Assembly (NCBI RefSeq): GCF_006345805.1
Contig: NC_042998.1
Location: 203,856,001 to 203,920,000 of the forward strand
Reading direction: 5' to 3'
Source: Octopus sinensis
Lineage: Eukaryota
Length of the DNA stretch: 64,000 nucleotides
Shown in pieces: positions 1 to 11,939 of the stretch (position 1 is its first letter; every line of letters starts with the position of its first letter). Both the position numbers and the translations under genes were made by a program. The notes under the pieces were generated by a model. That model did no database searches. It saw only the letters and a program-made list of their open reading frames with translations, and was not told the origin of the DNA.

Positions 1-3000
1 AGAAATTAAATGCCACCGATACTATTCAACCCAAGAATAACAATCGAGCGGTACGTACATTAAACCTACAACAAAAAATGTACGAAAAACTACACGTGCG
101 AAATAATGTGACAACAGAAATAAACGGACCGGTACCCTACGAAAATGACGACCGTCAAAATAATGGGCCGGACGTTGTACCTCATGTCCCGCAATTAAAA
201 CCCAAAGACGTAAATGGACACGTAAGGAATACATTTCTATCTTACACGCATACTTCACAGCAATGCTCTACCACAAAATGAAAATACAACAACACATACA
301 TATAAAATATGGAAGGAAAATAATAGAGATATAGACTTGGATACAGCAATGAACCCTAATAAATTAGCTAATGTACGAAGATACATTCTCAAAGCCAAAA
401 AAATATCAGAAATAGAAATAGAACATTTAAAAGAAAAAATACACCAGGAAAATGTAGATAGAAGCCACACAACAATGCCCAATAATATAAACACTGAAAC
501 TGTAAAACACGAAGACAAACGCAACATTCCCAACAAACACGATGTAAACAACGAAGGGGAGCCTAATGATTATGATAATATAAAAAATAAAATAATCAAA
601 GAACTAAAAACCACAGAGCTCAAAATGGACCACCGACCATACCTCCCAAGAATAAAAATAAACGCAATAACAACACCAATTATAAACAACATAAACCTAG
701 CCGTCACTGAACTAGCCACTGAAACAAAAAAAAGTGATATCACTGAACTAAATGACTTGATATACGCAGCAGCCACTGCAGCCACAAAAGAAGCTGGATA
801 CTCACCCAAACCCGCCCAAACAGGAGTACCACCACCCAAACAAACCCTGTGGATAAATAACATCCAAAACAAAATAAAAAAAATTAGAAAAGACCTGTCG
901 ATTCTTAATGAAATCAGCAAACATCAACGCTACTGAGACAACAAAAAGAGAACAAAAATGCTCCGCAAATATAACATCACAGAAAAAGATCTGCCGGAGA
1001 TAAAAGAAAAGCTGAAGCAAGATATCCTTGCCAAAGCTCAAAGGATCCGCCGGTACGAGAAACGCCAACACTTCTTTGAACAGAACAAAAAGTTCAACTC
1101 CGACCCCAAAAAGTTCTACCAAGAACTGGGCAAAAATAAAATAGAAGTCACTGCAGCACCAACGGCAGAAGAATTGGAAGAATTCTGGAAAGAAATATGG
1201 TCGGCGAACGAACAGCCAAAAAAAAGGAGTATGAAAATAACAAACTCGGCATCTGAACAACTTTGGACCCCCATAACAACTGAAGAGGTCACCCAGGCAC
1301 TGCAAAAACTAAGCAACTGGAAGGCACCTGGGCATGACAAGATCCCTAACTTCTGGTTGAAATATCTAACAGGAATGCACAAAAAGCTGGCTGAAAACTT
1401 TAACAGCATACTAGCAGAGCCAGAGACAATGCCTGAATGGCTCACGAAGGGGAAAACCATCTTAATTCCCAAATCAAATGAAACAACAAAACCAGAAAAC
1501 TACAGACCAATAACCTGCCTCCCTACTATGTTCAAGGCATTTACTGCAGTGATATCGCAAAGGTTGAACAAGCACCTGGACGAAAACAAACTGTTCCCAG
1601 AAGAGCAGAAAGGATGCCGCAAGGGCTCATATGGCTGTAAAGATCAACTAATGATTAATAAAGCCGTAACTGAAGACAGCCACAAAAGAAGAAAGGCCTC
1701 AGTATGGCCTGGATTGACTACAAAAGGCGTTTGATAGCATCCCCCACACATGGATCCTCGAAACACTAGCCATTAACAAAGTAGCACCAACAATCATAAA
1801 ATTCATAGAGCACTCTATGATAAATGGCAAACAGTCCTACACCTCCAACAAAAGAGGGACTCATGAAAACCAAAGTCATCCCCATTAGAAGAGGAATATT
1901 CCAGGGAGACACTCTCTCTCCACTCCTTTTCTGCTTGGCACTGTCACCTCTATCTGACATGCTAAATAGAACTGGATGCGGATATAAATGTTACGGCAAA
2001 ACGATCAGCCACCTTTTATATTGGATGACCTAAAACTATACGCTGCAAATGACAAACAGCTGGAAACACTATTAAAGACAGTTCATGGATTTACCAAAGA
2101 AATAGATATGAAATTGGATTAGAAAAATGCGCCAAAGTAACCATGAAAAGAGGAAAACTATTAAGAGTAACACAACATCACACTAGATAAAACCAATGAA
2201 ATAAAAGAATTAGACCAAGCCAACTTACAAATACTTAGGAATCCATGAACTAGATAAGACACAACACACACAAATGAAAGAGAAAATAAAAAAGAATATT
2301 ATAGACGAGTTAGATCAATACTAAAAACAGAGCTCAATGCTAAAAACAAGATAATAGGTATCAACACTTTAGCTGTCCCAGTTATAAGTTACAGATACAA
2401 TATCCTAACTGGACACGAAATGAACTGTCCAAAATAGATAGGAAAACAAGAAAAATACTGACAGGATCTAGGATGCATCACCCAAAATCTGACATAGAAA
2501 GACTATATATACAACGTATAGAAGGTGGTAGAGGCCTTATACAGCTGGAAAACTACTATAAAATAACCACCATAGGACTGCAAAAATACCTACTACTTCA
2601 GAAGGAAGGAAAACTGATCCAGATAGCAGCAAAATACGAGCAAAACAAAAACTGTTCTCAGTATTTAAGGAAGCTGACAAATACAAACAAGAAATCATAC
2701 CACCTAATAAACACAAAGAAGAAGAAGAAGATGATGAAGAACAACAAAAGCTATAAAACAAATGAAATCCAAACTAAAATAGAACAGCAACGAGCATGAT
2801 AAAACGATGGCAAGAAAAGCCCCTTCATGGTAAATACTGGACTAAACTAAACGCAAAAGAAATAGACAAAGAAAATCCCAGCAATGGTTGAGAAGCTCAG
2901 GACTCAAAGCAGAAACAGAGGGATTTTTAATTGCAGCACAAGACCAAGCCTCCCCACCAGAAATTACCAAAAACATGTAATGAAAAGAAATATTACAAGT

Positions 3001-3691
3001 AACTGCAGAATATGTGGAGATGGACAAGAAACAATAAATCATATTATCTCTAGCTGCCCAGTCCTGGCTAAGAAGGAATATATTCACAGACATGACAGAG
3101 TTGGAACCTACATACATTGGAAGCTATGCCAACATTATGGAATAACAACAGAAAAAGATGGTATAGGCACACACCAGAAAAGGTCACAGAAAACGAGAAA
3201 GCAACCATACTCTGGGATATGCCGATACACACAGATAGAGAAATTAAGGCCAACAGACCAGATATAGTTGTCAGAGATCATGAAGAAAAAAAATGCTTTC
3301 TAATTGATGTATCAATACCGGCAGATGACAACGTGTCTCTAAAAGAAATGGAGAAACTCTCAAAATACAAAGACCTGGAAATAGAGGTAACTAGAATGTG
3401 GAACCTGAAAACAGAAACCTTCCTATCATAGTAGGCGCATTAGGCATGATAAAAAAATATTCAGACAAATACAAACAAAAACACCAGGACTTACAAACAC
3501 ATATAACATACAGAAAATTGCACTACTAGGCACTGCACACATCCTACGCAGAACACTTTCCATACAATAACCATCAGAACATCACAACAAATCACAGCAC
3601 ATACCCAAGGCACACAGAGCTGCGCTCGGTAGTGAAGTGAAAGCACGCTATAAAAATAAAACTACTGAATAATAACAATAATAATAATAAT
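1..3691 (+). mobile_element. Near full-length R4/Dong-clade non-LTR retrotransposon (RT plus restriction-like endonuclease), ending in a (TAA)n tail
   Basis: Motifs in order across frameshifts: N-terminal RRKWTRKEYISIL, KAPGHDKIPNFWLK, PENYRPITCLPTMFK, EEQKGCRKGSYGCKDQL, AWIDYK-AFDSIPH, RRGIFQGDTLSPLLF, HLLY-DDLK, CRICG..HIISSC zinc knuckle, RHDRV, RPDIVV..FLIDVSIP..KLSKYKDL (PD-(D/E)xK). A ~100-bp 3' UTR and aataataat follow. Confidence 0.93.
190..3570 (+). pseudogene. Single RT-RLE ORF of the R4/Dong element, broken by multiple 1-nt indels
   Basis: Track ORFs 337-936, 958-1734, 1824-2033, 2473-2799, 2884-3267 and 3117-3431 are consecutive pieces of one protein. Stop TAA at 3568-3570. Confidence 0.88.
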
Positions 3692-3693
3692 GC

Positions 3694-3925
3694 TCAAAAA
3701 GAAGTGGAGAAATTGTCAAAGTACAAATACCTCGAAATTGATGTATTTACCATGTAGGGTACGAAGGTGAAAATGATACCAGTAATAATTGGAGTATTGG
3801 ATATGATAAAAAGGTATGAACAAAAAAAAGTTACAGCTGAAACCATAACACAACACACTATCGGAAAAATAGCCATTAGGAACAGCCCACATCCTACACA
3901 AGACACTATCAACTCCTGGCGTAGG
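3694..3925 (+). mobile_element. Diverged 3' fragment of a second RLE non-LTR family
   Basis: Translates as EVEKLSKYKYLEID...KMIPVIIGVLDMIK, paralleling the RLE C-terminus at 3340-3570. Confidence 0.62.
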
Positions 3926-4754
3926 GACTGTCTTATAAGGATTGGCGGGTGAGTGAATCGGAAAATATACAGAGATAGAATATAGCTAGATAAATAGAGA
4001 AAGATAAGGGAGGAGGGAGACAGAAGTGTATTGTTCAACGCCAATAACATGAGATTGAAATGAGGGCGATGGGAGGGTCTTCAGTAAAGATTAAATATGG
4101 CGATACACAACGATAAGAAGACACGTTTGCGTAACGTGGAAATAAAAGATAATGTGTGGGTTTATTCTTCTTAATCCAGATAAAACCTACTCCAATAATC
4201 TACTCTTTCATCTAAGCTGTTTACTTTCGAAATAAGTATTATCCCTACCCATCCCTAGATTAATAATATCCCTATAGTGGCCTGAGTTACGTAAACAATC
4301 TTTTTGCTTATCGGAAGATTGTAATTTAGGAAAGAAACGGTTGAGGAATACTTTCTCTTTCATTTTGCAAATTGATAGATCACGCACCGGTGCTATAACT
4401 GGTTCCTTCCAATTTATTTTGATTCTCAGGACAGATAAACTAGCGTTTGAACTTTCGAATTTTTAGTGAGACCATTTCAATTCTCGTCATGTAGGTGAAG
4501 GTCTGGCTGTGCGGTTAAGAAGGTTGCGGCCACCTTGAGCAAGTGTCTTCTACCACAGCCCCGGATTCACTCTTCCACCTATCAGTCATAGAGGCCCTGA
4601 AAACAACAAGGGGTCAAGAGCACTTCCGTTTTCACTCTGTCTAGTCAGTACAAGCAAATCTTCCTCTAAAGGTACACAGGGCCAAAGGGTGAGGTTAAAA
4701 CGAACGACGGAAAAAATTCAACCGCGAAGAACAGAGACTACAGCAAGCTTTTTC

Positions 4755-4961
4755 CCGTTTCATTCATTTGACTGCGGCTATGCTGGAGCACCGGCTTGAA
4801 GAATTTTCATTCGAATGAATCGACCCCAGGACTTCTGTTAAAGCCTGGTACTTATTCTATCGGCCTCTTTTGACGAATCGCTAAGTTTTGAAGACGTAAA
4901 TACACCAACGCCAGTTGTCAAACGGTATGGGGACAAACAGACATAACCACAGGCACACACA

Positions 4962-5005
<44 letters not shown>

Positions 5006-5860
5006 GCACGCACACATACATGCACACAAATATATATACATATACACGGGCGTGTATAATTGTGTATAGAAGAATATATTGCTCAAAGAAATTCCAACTT
5101 TGTGTGATTTTCACGTTTTACTTACAATTTTATAATAACATATAATGAAATGATGGATTATTAAATGTCCATTCTAATTGAACTGTTGTGTGTAAATATA
5201 TATATATATATATATGCATACATGCGTATATGTACATACTTGCATAGATATGTGTATATACATCCATATATGGGTACAGGACGTTAAAAAGTGAACCAAA
5301 TGAAAACCAAGAACATAAAAAAACAAAAACATGGGAAACGAACTCTTTTTTCAAACAACGAAAGAAACAAATAGAGAAACGAGAAGGCAACATGAAGAAC
5401 AATCCCTTCATCAGTTGTCCCCTGTTTTATCTACTCCGCGTTCGAATGTTCGGACAAGACTCGACTTCGTTAAAACAATCCTTCCCGCAAAGCAAATTAA
5501 ATATAATTTGGGATTTGCGGAGGGTTTAAAGTGGTAACAAAATCAGGACAATAAGAACAAAACAAAAAAAAAGACGGTGAAGGCTGTTAAGCCATAACGA
5601 GGTGAAGTGGTGGACGCTGGGGAAAAGAGATATGACAAGAGACAGGCAAAAGTAGATCTTATCGTTTGTGAAGCGAGAGGTAAAAAGAACATAGGACAGT
5701 CTTCTCCCAGTTTCTCTCAACCAAATCCACTCACAAGGCTTTGGTCGACACCAGGCTATAGTAGAAGTCATTTGCCGAAGGTGGTACGTTGTGGGACTGA
5801 ACCCGGAAACATGTGGTTGGGAAGCAAGCTTCTTATTACACAGCCACGCCTGCGCCTCTT
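4755..5860 (-). mobile_element. SINE-A (OK-like tRNA-derived SINE) split by an insert in its internal microsatellite
   Basis: Tail half at 4755-4960 and head half at 5700-5860, same strand, both matching the intact copies at 11940-12345 and 13340-13745. Confidence 0.75.
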
Positions 5861-6139
5861 ACCGCTGTTTGACTGACAAGACTTGGATTGAACATAGGTT
5901 TTAAAAGAAAATATCTAACCAAAGCTGTAATACTGTGTGATCGAACTCACGACCCCGTGGAACTGCTTAACCACCGAGTTATTACATTGTGAACAATTTA
6001 TTATTCTTAAACAAGATTGCTATTGACAGTGACTTCGAAGTTTCGGCCAGTGTAGCCATTGTCCAACGATTGCTTAATTGGCCGAAATATTGAGAAACCC
6101 ATCAGATTTATGCAAAATTATTTTCATTATAACTGAACA

Positions 6140-6290
6140 TTTCGCCGAGGACCTCTTTGCCTTTCATTCTTTCGGAGTCGATAAAATAAGTACCAACGAA
6201 GTACTGGGGTCGATGTAATTGACAAATCCCTTTCCCCTGAAATTTCAGACCTTGTGCCGATAGTAGAAAGGGTTATAACGGAACATCATA
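6140..6290 (+). mobile_element. SINE-C fragment
   Basis: gcctttcattctttcggagtcgataaaataagtacc...ctggggtcgat matches the copies at 55225 and 46375. Confidence 0.6.
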
Positions 6291-6589
6291 TCAAACATTT
6301 ACACGATTTTACTTCAGATCGAAACCTAATCTTAAAGTTGCTTTAACTTCAGGTGTATAACTTCACACCTGTCAAAACCACTGAAGAGAGACAAACAAAT
6401 TTAGAGTAAAAGTGAGTTAATTAAGTGTTGTGTTAATTAATTTGTTTGCTTCCAATTTAACTTCAGAACCGAATAAATTAATTGAAACACTCCTAGTTTC
6501 GAAATCAACTTCTCCAAGTAAACATTCCCTTTAGCATACAGACGCTGCTGACATATGCAGACACGCACTTGCATCTCTCTCTCTCTCTC

Positions 6590-6870
6590 TCTCTGGGAGA
6601 CACTTGCTGCCAACCGCTCATCCTGGCGCAGCGCAATCACCGTGGGAGCAGGGACAGCCGAGGAGGGACGGATTCGGTCAGCGGAGCAGAAACGTCAGAT
6701 GCGTAAAGCCAGAGCCGCCTGCACCAGTAGCACGGCCCCTACCCACTTCTGCCCCACCTGTGGGAGAGGCTTCCTTGCCCGGATTGGCCTCACCAGCCAC
6801 CTCCGGTCTCATGGCGCCAGTTCCATCAGGTGATGTCAGTTGGTCATCTTCGAACCGAAGGACGAACATT
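6590..6870 (+). mobile_element. RTE/BovB-clade LINE 3' end
   Basis: WETLAANRSSWRSAITVG..E..R..AEQKRQMRKAR...CPTCGRGFLARIGLTSHLRSH is the typical RTE C-terminus with a CxxC-HxxxH finger. A short 3' UTR follows. Markedly GC-rich. Confidence 0.87.
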
Positions 6871-7200
6871 TTATATATATATATATATATATATAAAACT
6901 ATCTATCTATCTGTCCGTCTACCTGTCTATTTATCCATATACATATATAAGATTCGGGTAAAAAGCTTGCAGAATGCTATGCAAAGCTCGGCCACAGTTA
7001 TTGGCCACAGTCATCATGTAATGGAAATGCCCCAAGACTGGATATACATCAGAAATTCCATAGCATCCGTAGAGTTTATATAAATAGATAAATGATAGAA
7101 AATGGATCAGCGGTATTCTTATTAAATGTAGAATGTTATTAATTCCATTTTCTCTGTGTGTGTGCATACATGTATATATATATGTATGTATATTATATAT

Positions 7201-7234
<34 letters not shown>

Positions 7235-7291
7235 ATATATATATATATATTTAAAAAAGGAGATGTGGAACACGAGTTGTAATATATAAAA

Positions 7292-7525
7292 AAAGGAAAT
7301 GAAGAAAATGCTGACAAAATAATTTAAGTAATTTAAGTAATTTAATTAGGTGAAAGTTCTTTTTACCGGTTGCGCATTTGTTATGCTTATCAAAATATAT
7401 TTTTTAAAGAGAGATTAGAGTTCCTTTTCTGATAGATTTTTTCCTCTTATCTGATAAGAGGAAAAAATCTATCTATTAAATTACTTAAATTACTTAAATT
7501 ATTTTGTCAGCATTTTCTTCATTTC

Positions 7526-7528
<3 letters not shown>
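7292..7528. repeat. Fold-back repeat in (TA)n: ~53-bp outer arms plus an internal perfect 21-bp palindrome
   Basis: 7292-7345 is the reverse complement of 7476-7528. 7431-7451 is the reverse complement of 7453-7473, with a 1-nt spacer. Confidence 0.85.
7360..7397 (-). ncRNA. Degenerate type I hammerhead motif, U3-A8 core
   Basis: Minus strand: tatt UUGAUAA gcau-aacaa-augc GCAAC CGGUA aaaa (GAAA changed to GCAA). Confidence 0.45.
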
Positions 7529-7590
<62 letters not shown>

Positions 7591-7624
7591 TATATACAAT
7601 ATATACATATATAATATATACACA

Positions 7625-7800
7625 TATATATGTATACAGTTTTTTTATTCTCTCTCTGTTATTTCGTCGTGTTTCTTTCTGTTGAAGAGCGTGAGCTCGA
7701 AATGTAAAAGATTTTCTTACCTCCCGAGCGTTAAACTAATACACCTGCTTGTTGTTTATGCACCTGTCTTCGTCTTTTGTTTTTCTGTAAATTCCAACTA
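7625..7800 (+). mobile_element. PLE-derived non-autonomous repeat with a hammerhead-like motif (7674-7711)
   Basis: ucuuu CUGUUGA a gagc-guga-gcuc GAAAU GUA aaaga. Related copy on the minus strand at 13140-13340. Confidence 0.5.
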
Positions 7801-7814
7801 CATAGGCGCAGAAG

Positions 7815-7960
7815 TGGCTGTGTCTTTACGTTCTGAGTTCAAATTCTGCCGAGGTCAATAAATTAAGTACCAGTTGAGCTGCGTACTGGGGTCGATTTAA
7901 TCGACTGGACCCTCCTCCAAAATTTTGGGCCTTGTGCCTAGAGTAGAAAAGGATATGATT
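7815..7960 (+). mobile_element. SINE-C remnant
   Basis: gttctgagttcaaattctgccgaggtc...aagtaccagtt...ctggggtcgat. Confidence 0.6.
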
Positions 7961-7989
7961 ATGTTTCCTAGAATCTGTATGTTGCTTCA

Positions 7990-8569
7990 TCGTGTGTGTG
8001 TTTGCGCGTATGTGTGTGTATGTGTGTGTGTCTGTCTGTGTGTGTATGTGTGTCTGTCTGTGTGTGTATGTGTGTGTGTGTTTGCGCGTAGGTGTGTGTG
8101 TGTGTCTGTCTGTGTGTGTATGTGTGTCTGTCTGTGTGTGTATGTGTGTTGTGTGTTTGCGCGTAGGTGTGTGTGTGTGTGTGTGTGTCTGTCTGTGTGT
8201 GTATGTGTGTCTGTCTGTGTGTGTATGTGTGTCTGTCTGTGTGTGTATGTGTGTCTGTATGTGTGTGTATGTGTGTGTGTAGGTGTGTGTAGGTGTGTTT
8301 ATGCGTAGGTGTGTGTATATCAGTTACATTGTTATTTTGAAAAATAAACATTGCTTATGCATACACTCACATACACATACACACACACACACACACGTAT
8401 ATATATATGTACGTAAATGTAAATATATATATATATATATATATATATACACTTTTATATACATATACAGATAGATAGATATAAATATATATACACATAT
8501 ATGTATGTGTGCATATGTATATATATGTATGTATGTATATACATATGTATAGATATATGTGTGCACATG

Positions 8570-8639
<70 letters not shown>

Positions 8640-8700
8640 GTGTGTATGTGAGTGTGTTTGTGTAAGTATATTCATGCAAGCACACACATACACGCATATA
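7990..8700. repeat. Compound (GT)n/(TA)n microsatellite
   Basis: Directly visible. Confidence 0.95.
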
Positions 8701-9534
8701 TGAGTGTATAACGATTAATAAATGTATAATATTTCTTTGTAAATTTTTCTTTAAAAACCATTTGTAATCGTTTTAAATATTTTTACTTTTATTCTCCTTA
8801 TTTTATTCTATTCATTATTTCATTGCAACAAAAATCATTTTCTTTAATTTTTATTTCTTTCTTGTCAAATCTGTTTTGACGCTCGCTTTGATTCGCCATT
8901 TTGCTTTTCTTGATTTCTGCTTTTCTTGTTTCAATTTTTTCAAAATAAATTTATATGTCTTCATTGTAATTAAAAAGTAGGATGGAGAGGCAGAAATTCG
9001 ATTTTCAATAATGTGGTGTGTGGTGTGTGTGTGTGGTGTGTGTGGTGTGTGTGTGTAGTGTGAGTGTGTTTGTGTAAGTATATTCATGCAAGCACACACA
9101 TACACGCATATATGAGTGAATAAAACGATTAATAAATGTATAATATTTCTTTGTAAATTTTTCTTTAAAAACCATTTGTAATCGTTTTAAATATATTTTT
9201 ACTTTTATTCTCCTTATTTTTTATCATATTCATTATTTCATTGCAACAAAAATCATTTTTTTCTTTAATTTATTTCTTTCTTGTCAAATCTGTTTTGACG
9301 CTCGCTTTGATTCGCCATTTTGCTTTTCTTGATTTCTGCTGCTTTCTTGTTTCAATTTTTTCAAAATAAATTTATATGTCTTCATTGTAATTAAAAAGTA
9401 GGATGGAGAGGCAGAAATTCGTATTTTCAATAAATGTGTGTGGTTGTGTTGTGTGTGTGTGTGTGTTTGTTTGTGTAAGTATATTCATGCAAACACACAC
9501 ATACACACATACATGGATGTATGATGATTAATAA

Positions 9535-9545
<11 letters not shown>
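8640..9545 (+). repeat. Local tandem duplication of a ~410-bp unit (two full copies and one partial)
   Basis: gtgtttgtgtaagtatattcatgcaagcacac... recurs at ~8655, ~9065 and ~9470. Confidence 0.88.
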
Positions 9546-9575
<30 letters not shown>

Positions 9576-10122
9576 GTACATATACATACAAACATGCATA
9601 CATACATACTTGTGTGTGTATGTGTGTGTGGAAGCACTCCTCCGTGCATCACGCTGAATGCAAAAGACTAATTTGAAGGACAAATGTGAAAAATAAAATA
9701 ATGAAGAAAAAAACTGTTTACAAAAACCGTGGAGTTGAAATGTCAAAGAGATTTGCACAAGTGTCAACATTTCTGTAAATTAAAGTGAATAGATATCTCA
9801 AGAAATTGCAATCTAATAAAGAACATTCATTCTGACAAAAGACCATGCCTGTTACACAACACAGTACACTTTGGCAAAGGTAGCTTTGCGCGTATATACG
9901 TCCGTATATACACACACTTGCATATATATGTATATATATCTTCTGTAAGAGATTCTGTTCTGTATTTATAAGTAAATATATGTATCTCTCTCTTCCGTTC
10001 CGCTAATGTGTAATAGGAGGAGTTCGAGAAACGGGAGAGAGTGTAGTAGTTTCTGATAGGTGAGCGAAGGGGTGAAAGGCGTACCTGTGCTAAGTGGAGT
10101 GTAACGAAGATTGACAGGGATG

Positions 10123-10123
<1 letters not shown>

Positions 10124-10157
<34 letters not shown>

Positions 10158-10174
10158 CAGATAGATAGATAAAC

Positions 10175-10239
<65 letters not shown>

Positions 10240-10240
10240 T
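10124..10240. repeat. (AGAT)n microsatellite
   Basis: Directly visible. Confidence 0.97.
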
Positions 10241-10409
10241 GTAGGTAGGGGGGATGAGAAAGAAAGAGAGGAAAGACATAAGTGAAAACATAGAAAAGGA
10301 GAGAGAGAGAGAGAAGTGACAAGAAAGAGGAGAGCAAAAGTTCACTGTACCTGTAGTAAGACAGGTGTAGGTACATACAAATACAAACACATACACATAC
10401 GCACAGATC

Positions 10410-10930
10410 TTGTATTTTGCCGTTTCAGTTATTAGACGGCGACTGTGCTGGGGCACCACTTTGAAGAATCTTAGACGGATGAATTGGCGCGAGTATTTAC
10501 TGTATCGGACCCTTTCGCCAAACCGCTAAGTACGTAATCATACCAGTTGTCAGCGGTGGTGGCGAGGAATGCAAACTCAGACATAGATGCACGCACACCC
10601 CTTTGAAATACACCCCCGCCTCTTGAACAGTTTCTGGTCGAATGAATGAAGTGAGTATTCATTTTTTGAAGCCTGGTACTTATTCTATCGGTCACTTTTG
10701 CCGAATACTTCGGTTACGGGGACGTAAACACACCAGTATCGGCTGTCAACTGGGGGACAAAGACACACATAAATGGATATAGATATATATCATACAAAGA
10801 GCTTCTTTCAGTTTCCGTCAACCAAATCCAATTACAAAGCCGTAGTCGGCCCAGACCATAGTGGGTGACACTTGTTCAAGGTGCCATGCATTGTGGCTGA
10901 ACCCGGAACCATGTGGTTTGCAAGCAAACT
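10410..10930 (-). mobile_element. SINE-A, diverged
   Basis: Homology to SINE-A tail and head. Confidence 0.7.
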
Positions 10931-11149
10931 TCCAACGTGGAAAGTAACCAACGTAGATTTATTTCTTGATTCTCTTCTCCTTTTTTTTATCTCCTTTTCT
11001 TCTTCCCTTTTCTCTCTTTCTAGTTCTCTCCCTTGACTCCTCTCTGCTGCCTGAAGAAGGACTTTATCGAAAACGTTTCACTTTCACCCTGTAACACGTT
11101 TTTCTTCCATGGACCCCTACCTAATAAACTCTGAACATCCTTTAGATTT

Positions 11150-11255
11150 TTCTTTCTTTTGGTATTTGAGCTGCCAGCTTCATGGTTAAGGAGCTCGCTT
11201 AGTGACCACATGGTTTCGGGTTCAGTCCCGTTGCACAGCTCCTTCGGCAAGTGTC
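11150..11255 (+). mobile_element. SINE-A head fragment
   Basis: accacatggtttcgggttcagtcccgttgc...ggcaagtgtct. Confidence 0.6.
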
Positions 11256-11334
11256 TGCTACGATATATATATAACCGCGTGTGTATCGTTGGCGATTTCC
11301 TTCGTCCGTTTTCCCTTCTTTTGGACTTTCCTCT

Positions 11335-11369
11335 ATTTCTGAAGAAGAGCCAGGCTCGAAACGTTAAAT
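11335..11369 (+). ncRNA. Minimal type I hammerhead ribozyme motif with canonical core, in PLE-derived repeat 11260-11465
   Basis: auuu CUGAAGA a GAGC-cag-GCUC GAAAC GUU aaau. Stem I 4 bp, stem II 4 bp, palindromic ACGU stem III. Confidence 0.68.
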
Positions 11370-11464
11370 CCTCTTTCCTTCCTTTCCTGAGCGTCTGATA
11401 ATACAATACTTGTACCACGTCCTTGCGTTATTGTTTTTTCTTGTTTCTTCTTCTTTGTTTAGAT

Positions 11465-11506
<42 letters not shown>

Positions 11507-11939
11507 ATGTATGTATGTACGTATGTACGTATGTATATATACTAGAATTCGAGGAAGCAGTATCCACGTAAGGGATTGTTAAAAACAATCCGGATGCCAA
11601 CTGGGTTTAACCAAATATATTGATAGAAACTTCCTCGTTATGTATAAACATAAAATTAAAATGTCGATAAAAGATAATGGAGAAGAAAAATGGAAAATGA
11701 TGCTTGGCTGATTTTATTTGTATTACAATTGTAAAAGTAATGCCAAATTAAAAGATGTAAAAAATATATTTGAGGATAATGTTTAGATATTTTCAAATGC
11801 AAACATTTGAAAACACTTAAGAATTGTCCTCGTTATTTCGTAACTCAAAACTAAAATGCATTTATTTTTCCTGAAGAGATCCAGCAATTAGCAGATTATT
11901 GCATCTTTTCAATTTATAATTATCGATGATTATTAAATA

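Noticed and set aside
5395-5420. CUGAUGA on the minus strand (5408-5414)
   Set aside because: No stem II/GAAA/NUH follows.
7925-8703. ORFs rich in V/C, H/T and Y/I (also 14649-15078, 25521-26340, 53050-53725, 57354-57958, 58253-58687)
   Set aside because: Translations of dinucleotide and tetranucleotide microsatellites.
11045-11085. CUGAAGA...GAAAACGUUUC
   Set aside because: Stems I and II do not pair; at best a dead relic.
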